Origin: a virus
Direction: 5' to 3' (one strand)
IMG/VR virus record: IMGVR_UViG_3300044616_001452
DNA: 64,000 nt
Each line of letters starts with the position of its first letter. Position 1 is the stretch's first letter. Made by a program: the position numbers and the translations under genes. Of the stretch, positions 1 through 8,187 are shown piece by piece. Under the pieces are notes generated by a model. The model did no database searches, was not told the origin of the DNA, and worked only from the letters and a program-made list of their open reading frames with translations.

Positions 1-189
1 AACGAACGATACACGGTCCAAAAAGCATACGCTTCCACATTGGCTGGGCGACAGTATGCAATTTGGAATGTAATTGAAACCATCAAAGGTGTGGTGCATG
101 TTATCGATACCTTCAGCCTGCGCCGTGATGCCAAATACTATGCCGGGCTCTGGAATTCGGAATCAGCCCGCAACGGATTCTCCCATTAA
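1..189 (+). CDS. hypothetical protein, 5'-truncated by window edge
   Basis: Open frame from base 1 to TAA at 187-189, collinear with downstream early genes. Confidence 0.55.
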   Translation, partial: NERYTVQKAYASTLAGRQYAIWNVIETIKGVVHVIDTFSLRRDAKYYAGLWNSESARNGFSH

Positions 190-202
190 ATAAGGAAATA
201 TT

Positions 203-394
203 ATGTTTGACCGTGAAAAAGCCATCGACGAATTGGCCAATGCTCTGAATGATGAATTCAATCAGGGATACCTCTCCTTTGATGATATAGTTATCAATGG
301 ATTCCGTGGGTTATCCTCAATGACGGATGAGGAACTTATGGCTGAATTGGAAGCCCGTGATATATCTTACCTGTTCGGAGAAACCCATGAATAA
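203..394 (+). CDS. small acidic hypothetical protein
   Basis: TAAGGA SD, 63 aa, coupled to next ORF. Confidence 0.75.
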   Translation: MFDREKAIDELANALNDEFNQGYLSFDDIVINGFRGLSSMTDEELMAELEARDISYLFGETHE

Positions 395-524
395 ACACCT
401 CCAACCCATTGTCGTACCAGTGCCCAAACCAGTATGCCGGACACCCATCAAGCCGGCGGTTAAGCATACGGTCCGCACCGAATACACTCGCAAACCCAAA
501 CACAAAGGAAAGGTATCAGAATGA
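387..524 (+). CDS. small basic hypothetical protein
   Basis: GGAG SD then ATG at 387; ends YTRKPKHKG; ATGA overlap with next gene. Confidence 0.65.
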   Translation: MNKHLQPIVVPVPKPVCRTPIKPAVKHTVRTEYTRKPKHKGKVSE

Positions 525-748
525 AGTCCTATATTGTACTCTACCGCATCGAGTCGATTATGTCCCCCGTGGATGCACCGTATGGCTTCCAATGCTGGGC
601 GGAAGATACTGAACACGCCGAGGAACAATGCATGAATGCATACCCGGATGGCGAGGTTGTATGGGTCGCCCTTGGCGGTGAGAATGAAAGCGATTATGAT
701 TATGCATTGTCGGATTATTGGGATATTCTAGAGGATTGCGGAAAATAA
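521..748 (+). CDS. hypothetical protein
   Basis: 75 aa, overlaps neighbours at start/stop. Confidence 0.75.
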   Translation: MKSYIVLYRIESIMSPVDAPYGFQCWAEDTEHAEEQCMNAYPDGEVVWVALGGENESDYDYALSDYWDILEDCGK

Positions 749-936
749 TGATACACTCTACCAACACCAAAAATCCTATCGATTTTCCAAAAAAGGAAAT
801 TCAGGTCCCTACCGACGACGGTATCGGCTGGGCTGATATTCGATTGATGGCTGGTGAAGGTAAACTGACACAAAAGACCATCCAACAAGCCATTGATGTT
901 ATTCGTAAACAACGGAAACAACGGAGTAAACAATGA
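748..936 (+). CDS. hypothetical protein
   Basis: TAATG coupling places start at 748. Confidence 0.65.
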   Translation: MIHSTNTKNPIDFPKKEIQVPTDDGIGWADIRLMAGEGKLTQKTIQQAIDVIRKQRKQRSKQ

Positions 937-1142
937 ACCAACGCGACCTTGAAAACCTGGAATTCCTTCGTTCCCTCACCCCCGCAGCCCTTGAAAATTG
1001 GTTCTCACAAGCCGATGAAGATGACAAGGAATATGCGGCTGAACTTCTGGACGCATGGGAAAAGGAACTGGATGAATTGATGATGGAAGCCGCCGAGGTG
1101 ATCGAAGTCAATATTCGCCCCTCTGGTGTGACCCTCCACTGA
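933..1142 (+). CDS. small acidic hypothetical protein
   Basis: GGAG SD, ATGA overlap. Confidence 0.75.
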   Translation: MNQRDLENLEFLRSLTPAALENWFSQADEDDKEYAAELLDAWEKELDELMMEAAEVIEVNIRPSGVTLH

Positions 1143-1143
1143 T

Positions 1144-1202
1144 TGTTGCAGGAAAACAACAGAACCATGGATGGTTGCCATCCTCACCGGCACCTGTAGA
1201 AT
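1144..1202 (+). promoter_or_regulatory. early promoter cassette 1: TGTTG-N8-CAACA box + TTGCCA-N16-TAGAAT
   Basis: Box 1144-1161, -35 1175-1180, -10 1197-1202; near-identical to copies at 2375 and 3994. Confidence 0.8.
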
Positions 1203-1233
1203 TGCACTCATGTTGAACGATAAAGGTAACACA

Positions 1234-1422
1234 ATGTCTCCGATGCAATTTCTCAAAGCCGCGCAAGATTATGCGGAGTCAATTGGTGATGAATATTGGT
1301 TCGCCCAATATTACACCAAATTCCGTGAGAATCATGGTGTAGGTGAATCAGCCGAATACACCATCATCCTCCTGTATGGCACCGATTGCCACCTTCTGAA
1401 CAATCTAAAGGAAACCGCATGA
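1234..1422 (+). CDS. hypothetical protein
   Basis: AAAGGT SD, ATG 1234 downstream of promoter. Confidence 0.7.
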   Translation: MSPMQFLKAAQDYAESIGDEYWFAQYYTKFRENHGVGESAEYTIILLYGTDCHLLNNLKETA

Positions 1423-1691
1423 AACCCGTGAAAACCATCAAATTCAAATTCTATACCGATCCTGGGCACGGCTGGCTCGCCGTGAAGCGTAAACTGGTCG
1501 ACCAGTATATGGTAGGCGATGAGGTCACCTGTTATTCTTACATGAACGGCAAGACGGTCTATCTGGAAGAGGACTACGATGCACCCCGATTCCTAGAGAA
1601 AATCAAAGCCGCTGGCTTTATCGTTGAAATCGAACACAAAAATTCCGCCACAAAAGACTCGCCGATCCGTCGGTATGATTCCTTTCAATAA
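1419..1691 (+). CDS. conserved phage hypothetical protein (DPGHGWL...YLEED motif)
   Basis: AAGGA SD, ATGA overlap; motif common in phage early regions. Confidence 0.75.
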   Translation: MKPVKTIKFKFYTDPGHGWLAVKRKLVDQYMVGDEVTCYSYMNGKTVYLEEDYDAPRFLEKIKAAGFIVEIEHKNSATKDSPIRRYDSFQ

Positions 1692-1699
1692 ACAAAAAA

Positions 1700-2374
1700 A
1701 TGTCTACTGCCTGGCTTTTTCGAACTGGAATTTTACTTGCGGCTCCGGCTGTACTCTATTGGCAATATACGGATGTAAAAAAGGTTTTTTCAGAATTGAA
1801 GCGGGTGCATGAGGACCAACAAAGGCTCTATGATAATCAAGTCCAAATTGTAAAACAACAGGCGCAAATCGTTAATGAATTAAAAGAATTACAAGCCCCA
1901 CGGGCACCGCGCATTGAAACACCAATTTCGGTGCCGGCGCCGCCCTTGAAACCCCTTTCAATTGTAAAAACAAACCAAAAGGTTCCCTATAATTCCAATG
2001 ACCTATTCTGTATGGCAAAGAATATTTACCATGAGGCGGCGCATGAGCCTATCATTGGTAGGTACGCCGTCGCGCAGGTAACACTAAACAGAAAAACCGA
2101 TCCAAAATATCCAAAACGTATTTGTGAAGTGATATTGGATCCATTCCAATTCAGTTGGGCAAACGATAAGAAAATCCATTGGGTACAACCAAAAGGTCCC
2201 GCATGGGAAGAATCCAAACGTATTGCCCATGATGTTATCATCAATGGTTATCGGGTGCAGGGGCTTGAAAAGGGGCTTTTCTATCATGCCGATTATGTAA
2301 GCCCTAAATGGCGTGACAATAATGCCAAGATAACCCAAATTGGTCGCCACATTTTCTACAGCAAGGCTCTATAA
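1700..2374 (+). CDS. cell wall hydrolase (SleB/Hydrolase_2 family) with N-terminal TM, coiled coil and Pro linker
   Basis: CMAKNIYHEA, AVAQVTLNR, QFSW, FYHADYVSPKW, IGRHIFY motifs. Confidence 0.9.
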   Translation: MSTAWLFRTGILLAAPAVLYWQYTDVKKVFSELKRVHEDQQRLYDNQVQIVKQQAQIVNELKELQAPRAPRIETPISVPAPPLKPLSIVKTNQKVPYNSNDLFCMAKNIYHEAAHEPIIGRYAVAQVTLNRKTDPKYPKRICEVILDPFQFSWANDKKIHWVQPKGPAWEESKRIAHDVIINGYRVQGLEKGLFYHADYVSPKWRDNNAKITQIGRHIFYSKAL

Positions 2375-2433
2375 TGTTGCGTAAAAACAACACAAGCACG
2401 GATGGTTGCCATCCCCACCGGCACCTGTAAGAT
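2375..2433 (+). promoter_or_regulatory. early promoter cassette 2: box + TTGCCA-N16-TAAGAT
   Basis: Box 2375-2392, -35 2406-2411, -10 2428-2433. Confidence 0.8.
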
Positions 2434-2466
2434 TGCATCTGTTCAATAACAATTCTGGAGTTCGAT

Positions 2467-3294
2467 ATGCCACGTGGCGTACCCAAAGCAGGTTTTCGTA
2501 AGACCAAAGCCGCAATTTCCCGTAAGACCGATGCCCTTATGACCAAGGCTGTAGAATCGCGGTTCTCGATCAATGAGCGGTTCGGCTTCGTGTCTGATAT
2601 GATCGCCATGTTAGCCTCAGGCGATCAAGCCTCCGTGGTCGTGACAGGCCCTGGCGGGCTTGGCAAGTCCTTTACCGTCACCCAAGCCCTTACCGATGCT
2701 GGTATGGTCGACGTTTCGCTCCTTGATGAATTCGACATTGGCGACAAAATCAACACCAATACCTCTTTCCGTGTCATCAAGGGTTACTCTACACCGAAGG
2801 GCTTGTACCGTACACTCTACGAAAACAAGGATGGCGTGGTAGTGTTCGATGACTGCGATTCCGTACTCAAGGATCCCGTATCGTTGAACCTGCTCAAAGG
2901 TGCATTGGACTCCTATGCTCGCCGTGTTATCTCATGGCGTGCAGACCTTCGTGATGAGGACCTGCCTCAGGCTTTCGAATTCAAAGGTCGCGTGGTCTTT
3001 ATCTCAAACCTGCCCTCCGATGCTATGGATCAAGCCATTATCACCCGTTCAATGGCGGTTGACCTGTCAATGAATGAAACCCAGAAAATTGAGCGGATGC
3101 GTTATCTGCTCAGCCAAAAAGATTTCATGCCTGAATACAGTAAACAACACAAGGATGATGCCCTCAACCTTATCGATATGTTAAAAGATAAGGTCAAAGA
3201 ATTGTCTCTTCGTTCACTTATTCAGGCAACAAAAATCCGAAGTTCTGGTGGTGCTAAATGGAAGGATCTTTGTGAGTATGTCCTTTGCGGCTGA
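2467..3294 (+). CDS. P-loop/AAA ATPase
   Basis: Walker A GPGGLGKS, Walker B VVVFDD, FISN sensor. Confidence 0.85.
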   Translation: MPRGVPKAGFRKTKAAISRKTDALMTKAVESRFSINERFGFVSDMIAMLASGDQASVVVTGPGGLGKSFTVTQALTDAGMVDVSLLDEFDIGDKINTNTSFRVIKGYSTPKGLYRTLYENKDGVVVFDDCDSVLKDPVSLNLLKGALDSYARRVISWRADLRDEDLPQAFEFKGRVVFISNLPSDAMDQAIITRSMAVDLSMNETQKIERMRYLLSQKDFMPEYSKQHKDDALNLIDMLKDKVKELSLRSLIQATKIRSSGGAKWKDLCEYVLCG

Positions 3295-3328
3295 GGTGCC
3301 AATTTCTCATATCTTCAAAGGATCAACC

Positions 3329-3589
3329 ATGACCAATCCTGAAATTCAGAACCACCTGTACCAATGGGCATGCGCCAAGGGCTTTGATGCACCTTATGGC
3401 GTACTGACCGGGTCCGCAACCAGTCGGAACGGGCGTAGGCACTTTACTGTTACCTTTGGGCGCGCAAGGACTTTGGACGCAACGGTTGAAGTCTATGGTC
3501 CAACCTTCCTGCGTCTCCGCACCTCCAGCCATGGAAATGAGATATTCCGCGACCTACCTAGCCTCATGGCTAGATTGGAGACCCTATGA
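3329..3589 (+). CDS. hypothetical protein
   Basis: AAGGA SD before ATG 3329. Confidence 0.7.
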   Translation: MTNPEIQNHLYQWACAKGFDAPYGVLTGSATSRNGRRHFTVTFGRARTLDATVEVYGPTFLRLRTSSHGNEIFRDLPSLMARLETL

Positions 3590-3861
3590 AGATTGTAATT
3601 AACCAATGCCATGGCGGCTTCGGGCTCTCCGATGAAGCCATGGAGCGTTATGTCAAGGAGTCTGGTACCACACCAGCTGGGACCTGGGACATTGCCAGGG
3701 ACGATCCTACACTGGTCAGGATCGTGGAGGAGATGGGTTCCAATGCTTTCACCAAGTTCTCCGACCTCAAGGTGGTGGAAGTGCCGGACGGTGTGAGGTG
3801 GTTCATACAGGAGTATGATGGGCTGGAATGGGTAGCAGAGGCCCATCGGACGTGGCGATAG
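3586..3861 (+). CDS. conserved phage hypothetical protein (KIVINxCHGGFGLS...EYDGLEW)
   Basis: Recognisable small phage family; ATGA overlap. Confidence 0.8.
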   Translation: MKIVINQCHGGFGLSDEAMERYVKESGTTPAGTWDIARDDPTLVRIVEEMGSNAFTKFSDLKVVEVPDGVRWFIQEYDGLEWVAEAHRTWR

Positions 3862-3945
3862 GACCACCTCCAGGGCGCTCCAGGGGAGCAGGGAAGGTCC
3901 TAGCATGGGCAGGACCTTTCAGCGCGTCCTGGGCGGTCCTGGCGC
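3862..3945. repeat. GC-rich imperfect inverted repeat / long hairpin (possible terminator)
   Basis: GAAGGTCCT...AGGACCTTTC core flanked by CCAGG/CCTGG arms. Confidence 0.55.
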
Positions 3946-3955
3946 TTCGCCATTC

Positions 3956-4012
3956 CGTTGTATCGGTACAACACTGTCGCGTTGGAACAACACTGTTGCA
4001 CCCATACAACAC
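3956..4012. repeat. three tandem 19-bp copies of the TGTTG-N8-CAACA box
   Basis: CGTTG-N8-CAACAC (3956), TGTCG-N8-CAACAC (3975), TGTTG-N8-CAACAC (3994). Confidence 0.85.
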
Positions 4013-4052
4013 TCCATGATCCTGTTGCCATTCCTACCGGTACCTGTAGACT
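3994..4052 (+). promoter_or_regulatory. early promoter cassette 3: box + TTGCCA-N16-TAGACT
   Basis: -35 4025-4030, -10 4047-4052. Confidence 0.8.
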
Positions 4053-4088
4053 TCTCTTTATCGATTGAGACAACACAAGGAAGAAACG

Positions 4089-4445
4089 ATGGACAGCATT
4101 CTTGACACCCGCGACCTTCAAGACCGCATGGATGAAATTGAGATGGACCTGGAGACTCTGGAGATGACTGAGGCTGAGCGTGAAGCCCTCCGCGAAGAAT
4201 TGACGGCTCTCCAGACTCTACAGGAAGAGGTCGAAGGGTACTCCTCAGACGATTGGAGGCATGGCATCCAATTGATTCCTGAAAAGGTTTTCACGGAATA
4301 CTGCCAGGAACTCTTGGAAGACTGCGGAGAGATTCCCCGCGACCTGCCCTTTTATATTGTAATTGACTGGGAGGAGACGGCTGACAACCTGCGGGTAGAC
4401 TATACCGAGGTCGATTTTGAGGGTACCACGTACCTGTTCCGTTGA
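4089..4445 (+). CDS. highly acidic protein, ArdA-like antirestriction/DNA-mimic candidate
   Basis: Very D/E-rich; C-terminal YIVIDWEETADNLRVDY resembles the ArdA C-terminus. Confidence 0.6.
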   Translation: MDSILDTRDLQDRMDEIEMDLETLEMTEAEREALREELTALQTLQEEVEGYSSDDWRHGIQLIPEKVFTEYCQELLEDCGEIPRDLPFYIVIDWEETADNLRVDYTEVDFEGTTYLFR

Positions 4446-4475
4446 ATGTAAGACAACATAAGACAAGGAGAAACC

Positions 4476-4736
4476 ATGGACTTATTCGTTGAAGTTGAAA
4501 AGATGCTGGAATTGGATTGCGATTATGAGGAAATTATCGCATTCATCCAGGCGGCTCGCCCAGGTTATAATCTAGCCGATTGTGAAGAGGTGATTATGGA
4601 CTGCGAGATGAAATTGGCCGTGCGTTATAAAGACATGGAAGACTATGAGGATATGGACGGTGACCATGCATCGGCTTTGGCATCGGCTGGGTGGGGTACC
4701 GATGAGGACTATGGCTATGCATCCGACGATTATTAA
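4476..4736 (+). CDS. acidic hypothetical protein (ALASAGWGTDEDYG motif)
   Basis: AGGAG SD, 86 aa. Confidence 0.8.
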   Translation: MDLFVEVEKMLELDCDYEEIIAFIQAARPGYNLADCEEVIMDCEMKLAVRYKDMEDYEDMDGDHASALASAGWGTDEDYGYASDDY

Positions 4737-4759
4737 ATTTTTGCTCCCGGTGGCTTATT

Positions 4760-4891
4760 ATGTCGAATATGTATCCTTTGGTCTATTTTTTATCCTTCTT
4801 CGTGCTTTGTCACCTGGCCAATAAACATTCAGGTGCGGCCGGTGTAAGTGGGGTTGTAATTGCATGGTTTATTTTTGGTTTTTTTCTGTGA
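4760..4891 (+). CDS. small membrane protein
   Basis: 43-aa hydrophobic ORF filling the gap, read manually. Confidence 0.45.
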   Translation: MSNMYPLVYFLSFFVLCHLANKHSGAAGVSGVVIAWFIFGFFL

Positions 4892-4899
4892 GGTGGTAA

Positions 4900-5283
4900 A
4901 TGGGTACTCGCGCATTGATTAAAGTTCTCGATGAGTCTAACTCGGTGGTGACCTGCCTCTATTCACAATGGGATGGTTATCCGTCTGGTATTGGTTCTGC
5001 CCTGGCGGCCTTTTTGAGTCAAATTAAACTAATTAATGGTATAACTGGCAAAGAAACTCGCCCGGTGGCCAATGGCATGGGTTGCCTTGCGGCTCAATTA
5101 GTTGTACACTTTAAGAAGGAAGTTGGTTCATACTATCTGGTTGATCCAAAAGTTGAACATGGCGAAGAATATATCTATGAGGTATATTCAAATAAAGTAA
5201 GAGTAACCAATTATGCTAAAGAAGTTCTTTACCTTGGTTCGTGGGATCTTTTCTCCGAATTCTGCAACGGTTCTGATGATTAA
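4900..5283 (+). CDS. conserved phage hypothetical protein (MGTR...YSQWDGYP)
   Basis: GAGGTG SD; DGYP motif family. Confidence 0.8.
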   Translation: MGTRALIKVLDESNSVVTCLYSQWDGYPSGIGSALAAFLSQIKLINGITGKETRPVANGMGCLAAQLVVHFKKEVGSYYLVDPKVEHGEEYIYEVYSNKVRVTNYAKEVLYLGSWDLFSEFCNGSDD

Positions 5284-5386
5284 ACCTGTGACCTATCGCC
5301 GTTATTATTGGAAAGAATTTCGCCGCCATGCGAAAGTATTGATTCGTGATATTCGTGGTATTATCCTAAATCGGAGAATAAAATGA
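5276..5386 (+). CDS. small basic hypothetical protein
   Basis: 36-aa ORF overlapping both neighbours, read manually. Confidence 0.4.
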   Translation: MIKPVTYRRYYWKEFRRHAKVLIRDIRGIILNRRIK

Positions 5387-5832
5387 CGGTTGATGATTTG
5401 TTTAAAAAGTACCCATTGATTTTTCAGGTACGCAAAGGGCGAGAACTTGAACCTTTTTGCATGTTTGGCATTGAATGTGGTAGTGGTTGGTTTCCTCTTC
5501 TGGATGCACTCTGCTATCAGATTCAATCTTATATTGATTATCGTAAAGAATCTAACGAACGAATCGAAGAAAACAAGAAAAAATATCCAGACTACGATCA
5601 AAAACCATATGACCTTATTCCTCAGGTTACTGTAACACAAGTAAAAGAAAAGTATGGTACTCTGCGATTCTATTATGATGGTGGTGATGAAACAATCGAT
5701 GGCATGGTTCGAATGGCTGAAGCGATGAGTGCAATCACTTGTGAAGTATGCGGCAATCTAGGAAAAATGCGCGGGCGTTCTTGGCTCTATACTGCTTGCG
5801 ATGAACACACTAAAGAAGAGGATAAAAAATGA
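5383..5832 (+). CDS. conserved phage hypothetical protein (QVKEKYGTLRFY, CEVCG zinc motif)
   Basis: Recognisable phage family motifs. Confidence 0.85.
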   Translation: MTVDDLFKKYPLIFQVRKGRELEPFCMFGIECGSGWFPLLDALCYQIQSYIDYRKESNERIEENKKKYPDYDQKPYDLIPQVTVTQVKEKYGTLRFYYDGGDETIDGMVRMAEAMSAITCEVCGNLGKMRGRSWLYTACDEHTKEEDKK

Positions 5833-6128
5833 AAACTGATGAAATTGCACAACTGGTATCTATTATTGAAAAATGTAATCAAGCTGATGTGAGGAAAATT
5901 CTTGTTGACTATCTCGCGTCTCAATTGTATAATAAAGGTATGATCCCGGTGGTTAAACCTTTGACAATTGAGGAACTTAATCCTGCTTGGAGCAATAAAT
6001 GCCCTGTATGCCATCTAATTGGTGCACAGGGCTATGTCTGTAGCAGGAATGATTGCCCCTGTAAGATCACTTCTTCAGCCACCAACTATCAGCAAAAAGT
6101 CCGTACTAGTGGTATCGACACGTATTAA
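5829..6128 (+). CDS. hypothetical protein with CxxC...CxxxxC motif
   Basis: ATGA coupling. Confidence 0.7.
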   Translation: MKTDEIAQLVSIIEKCNQADVRKILVDYLASQLYNKGMIPVVKPLTIEELNPAWSNKCPVCHLIGAQGYVCSRNDCPCKITSSATNYQQKVRTSGIDTY

Positions 6129-6141
6129 AAGAGAGTAAGAA

Positions 6142-6531
6142 ATGGGAACTAATTACTATGTTGCTTCCAATCTTTGTGAATGCTGCGACCGATATGATAC
6201 TGAATACCATATTGGTAAGTCATCAGGCGGTTGGGCATTTTCTTTCCATGGATATCGCCCTGAGCGGCTGGTAAGCTGGGCTGCATGGAAAGAATTCTTG
6301 AAAGATAAAGTTATCATGGACGAATACGGAGAACGTATCGACTACGATTGGTTCGTTCAGTATATCGAAAGCGAGAAATCTCCAGGATTTATTCGTAATG
6401 ATGGGCGAAGGAATCTTCAACATAACGATGAAGGGCGAAAACCTGACAAGTTTGGATATGCATGGTTCAATCCCGAATACGATTGGGACGATCCAGAAGG
6501 ATATGCTTTTTGTAGCAGGGAGTTCTCATGA
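6142..6531 (+). CDS. conserved phage hypothetical protein (MGTNYY...HIGKSSGGW...EFS)
   Basis: Recognisable phage family motifs. Confidence 0.85.
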   Translation: MGTNYYVASNLCECCDRYDTEYHIGKSSGGWAFSFHGYRPERLVSWAAWKEFLKDKVIMDEYGERIDYDWFVQYIESEKSPGFIRNDGRRNLQHNDEGRKPDKFGYAWFNPEYDWDDPEGYAFCSREFS

Positions 6532-7010
6532 GCATTGAAGCAATGAAGCAGGCTCTGGAGGCGTTGGATTCAGACAATCCCGATATTCAACTACGGGCGG
6601 CAACCGCTCTCCGCGCTGCCATCGAGAAAGCTGAAAAATATAAACAAGATAATGCTTTAGGTGGACCTGCCAAAGTGTTTGATGCGATAGCTGATGCAAT
6701 TCGGGCAGGTGATGATTATTATCTAACATTACGTAGATATGGCTATACAGAGGTAGAAAAACATGTTACTGGGCAGGTGCGTCCAAATTGTTCCCGCGAA
6801 AAATGGGTCGATGAAAATCAACTAATCTATAGTGCATGGCGTGACTCTGAAGCATATCAAGTGCCTATGACAGAAGAAGGCGTAAAACTTGCAGGGAGGA
6901 GATTTGAGTCTTTTCGCAAAGGATGGGAATACTATAAGTTCTATCTAGAACATGGTGATGTCTATATGAAAGATTATCTTGAACATGGGCCGAGGAGTGA
7001 AGATAAATGA
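6528..7010 (+). CDS. hypothetical modular phage protein (MSIEAMKQALEAL N-terminus)
   Basis: ATGA coupling. Confidence 0.75.
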   Translation: MSIEAMKQALEALDSDNPDIQLRAATALRAAIEKAEKYKQDNALGGPAKVFDAIADAIRAGDDYYLTLRRYGYTEVEKHVTGQVRPNCSREKWVDENQLIYSAWRDSEAYQVPMTEEGVKLAGRRFESFRKGWEYYKFYLEHGDVYMKDYLEHGPRSEDK

Positions 7011-7219
7011 TCAATATTGTTACACCAAAAAAACTTTATTACGTGCTGCTATACAAACCAAGAACTTTTCCCGACGGTAGTTGGTCTAACTTTATTGCTA
7101 CACCACATCTCGGTAAAGCACGATACTACGCTAAGAAACTAAAACGAGCACACCGTCAAATTGATGTACGGGTTCGTGGTAAGCGTAAAGCGTATGTTCT
7201 AAAAGGAAGTTGGCTATGA
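7007..7219 (+). CDS. basic hypothetical protein
   Basis: Coupled ORF, 70 aa. Confidence 0.7.
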   Translation: MINIVTPKKLYYVLLYKPRTFPDGSWSNFIATPHLGKARYYAKKLKRAHRQIDVRVRGKRKAYVLKGSWL

Positions 7220-7449
7220 ACAAACGAATTCAAGAACTGGCCAAACAATGCACCGATCAATACCGCGATGGACATGGCGGCTATATTGATCATGTGGATA
7301 TTGAACAGTTCGCCGAGATGATTGTTCGGGAATGTATCGGGGTTGTAGAAAACCTAAGTCCAGGATACGCCGATTATCGTAACCAAATCGAAGATGCTTT
7401 CCGTAGAGACTGTGTTGAAAAAGTCAAAGAACATTTCGGAGTTGAATGA
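7216..7449 (+). CDS. MNERIQEL-family small protein, copy 1
   Basis: MNKRIQELA...FAEMIVREC...HFGVE. Confidence 0.8.
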   Translation: MNKRIQELAKQCTDQYRDGHGGYIDHVDIEQFAEMIVRECIGVVENLSPGYADYRNQIEDAFRRDCVEKVKEHFGVE

Positions 7450-7589
7450 TGAACGAAATTACTGTTTGGTTTTTTGTTGGTTGGATCGTAGGCATTCTCC
7501 TTGGCTATGTAGTGTGGGCACCTGAAACACGATTCAAACGTAATTTTGTTGACGGACTGACTTTGCGTTTTCTTTGGGGTAAAAAATGA
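7446..7589 (+). CDS. small membrane protein
   Basis: 47 aa with N-terminal TM; ATGA coupling at both ends. Confidence 0.65.
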   Translation: MMNEITVWFFVGWIVGILLGYVVWAPETRFKRNFVDGLTLRFLWGKK

Positions 7590-7972
7590 GCCAAGTAGTA
7601 AGAGCAATTGAAGCACACGATACGGGTGAACGAAAACTTATCAAAGAAAGTTTCTCTACTCTATTCCAAGATGTATTCAATATCAAGTCACATATTCAAG
7701 ACCTAAGAGGAACTGAAGGTATTGCTAAACAATATCGAATCAGTGTCACAATTGGTTCTCAGGTCCATGTAAGTGACCTTGACCTTCTCCAAGAAGGCGG
7801 TGATTCACTAGAAGAAGCAATTCACCGTACCAAGCGCCAAGTGATTGAAGCCATCTATGGTGAGTTTCGACAAGACCTGATGATGGTTGAACGTGCATTG
7901 TATGATCGAGATTTTCAAAAAGCACGAGATTATCTAAGGATTCTAGAACAAAAAATGTTTGGGATTGAATGA
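7586..7972 (+). CDS. hypothetical protein
   Basis: 128 aa, ends MFGIE. Confidence 0.8.
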   Translation: MSQVVRAIEAHDTGERKLIKESFSTLFQDVFNIKSHIQDLRGTEGIAKQYRISVTIGSQVHVSDLDLLQEGGDSLEEAIHRTKRQVIEAIYGEFRQDLMMVERALYDRDFQKARDYLRILEQKMFGIE

Positions 7973-8187
7973 TGAACGAACGAATTCAAGAACTGCTTAT
8001 TGAGGCTCATAAACAAACCAATGGTGGTATTTACAATGGACATCTTTCTGAATGGACAGAAAAGTTCGCCGAGTTGATTGTTCGGGAATGTAGTGATGTT
8101 GCACATAAATGTATTTTGGAAGATGGATCTGATTTTCCCATGAAGTCTGTAGCATATAGAATCAAAGAATATTTCGGAGTTGAATGA
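7969..8187 (+). CDS. MNERIQEL-family small protein, copy 2
   Basis: MNERIQEL...FAELIVREC...YFGVE. Confidence 0.8.
   Translation: MMNERIQELLIEAHKQTNGGIYNGHLSEWTEKFAELIVRECSDVAHKCILEDGSDFPMKSVAYRIKEYFGVE

Noticed and set aside
1144-1161. LexA (SOS) box reading of the palindrome
   Set aside because: The proteobacterial SOS box is CTGT-N8-ACAG; arms and spacing here differ
3956-4012. CRISPR-like mini-array
   Set aside because: Units are 19 bp with 8-bp spacers, far too short; no cas operon. The 18698 nuclease is the usual T4-like exonuclease.
3803-4121. Short ORFs overlapping the hairpin and triple-box region
   Set aside because: No SD, they overlap a clear promoter cassette, and they look like GC-rich chance ORFs
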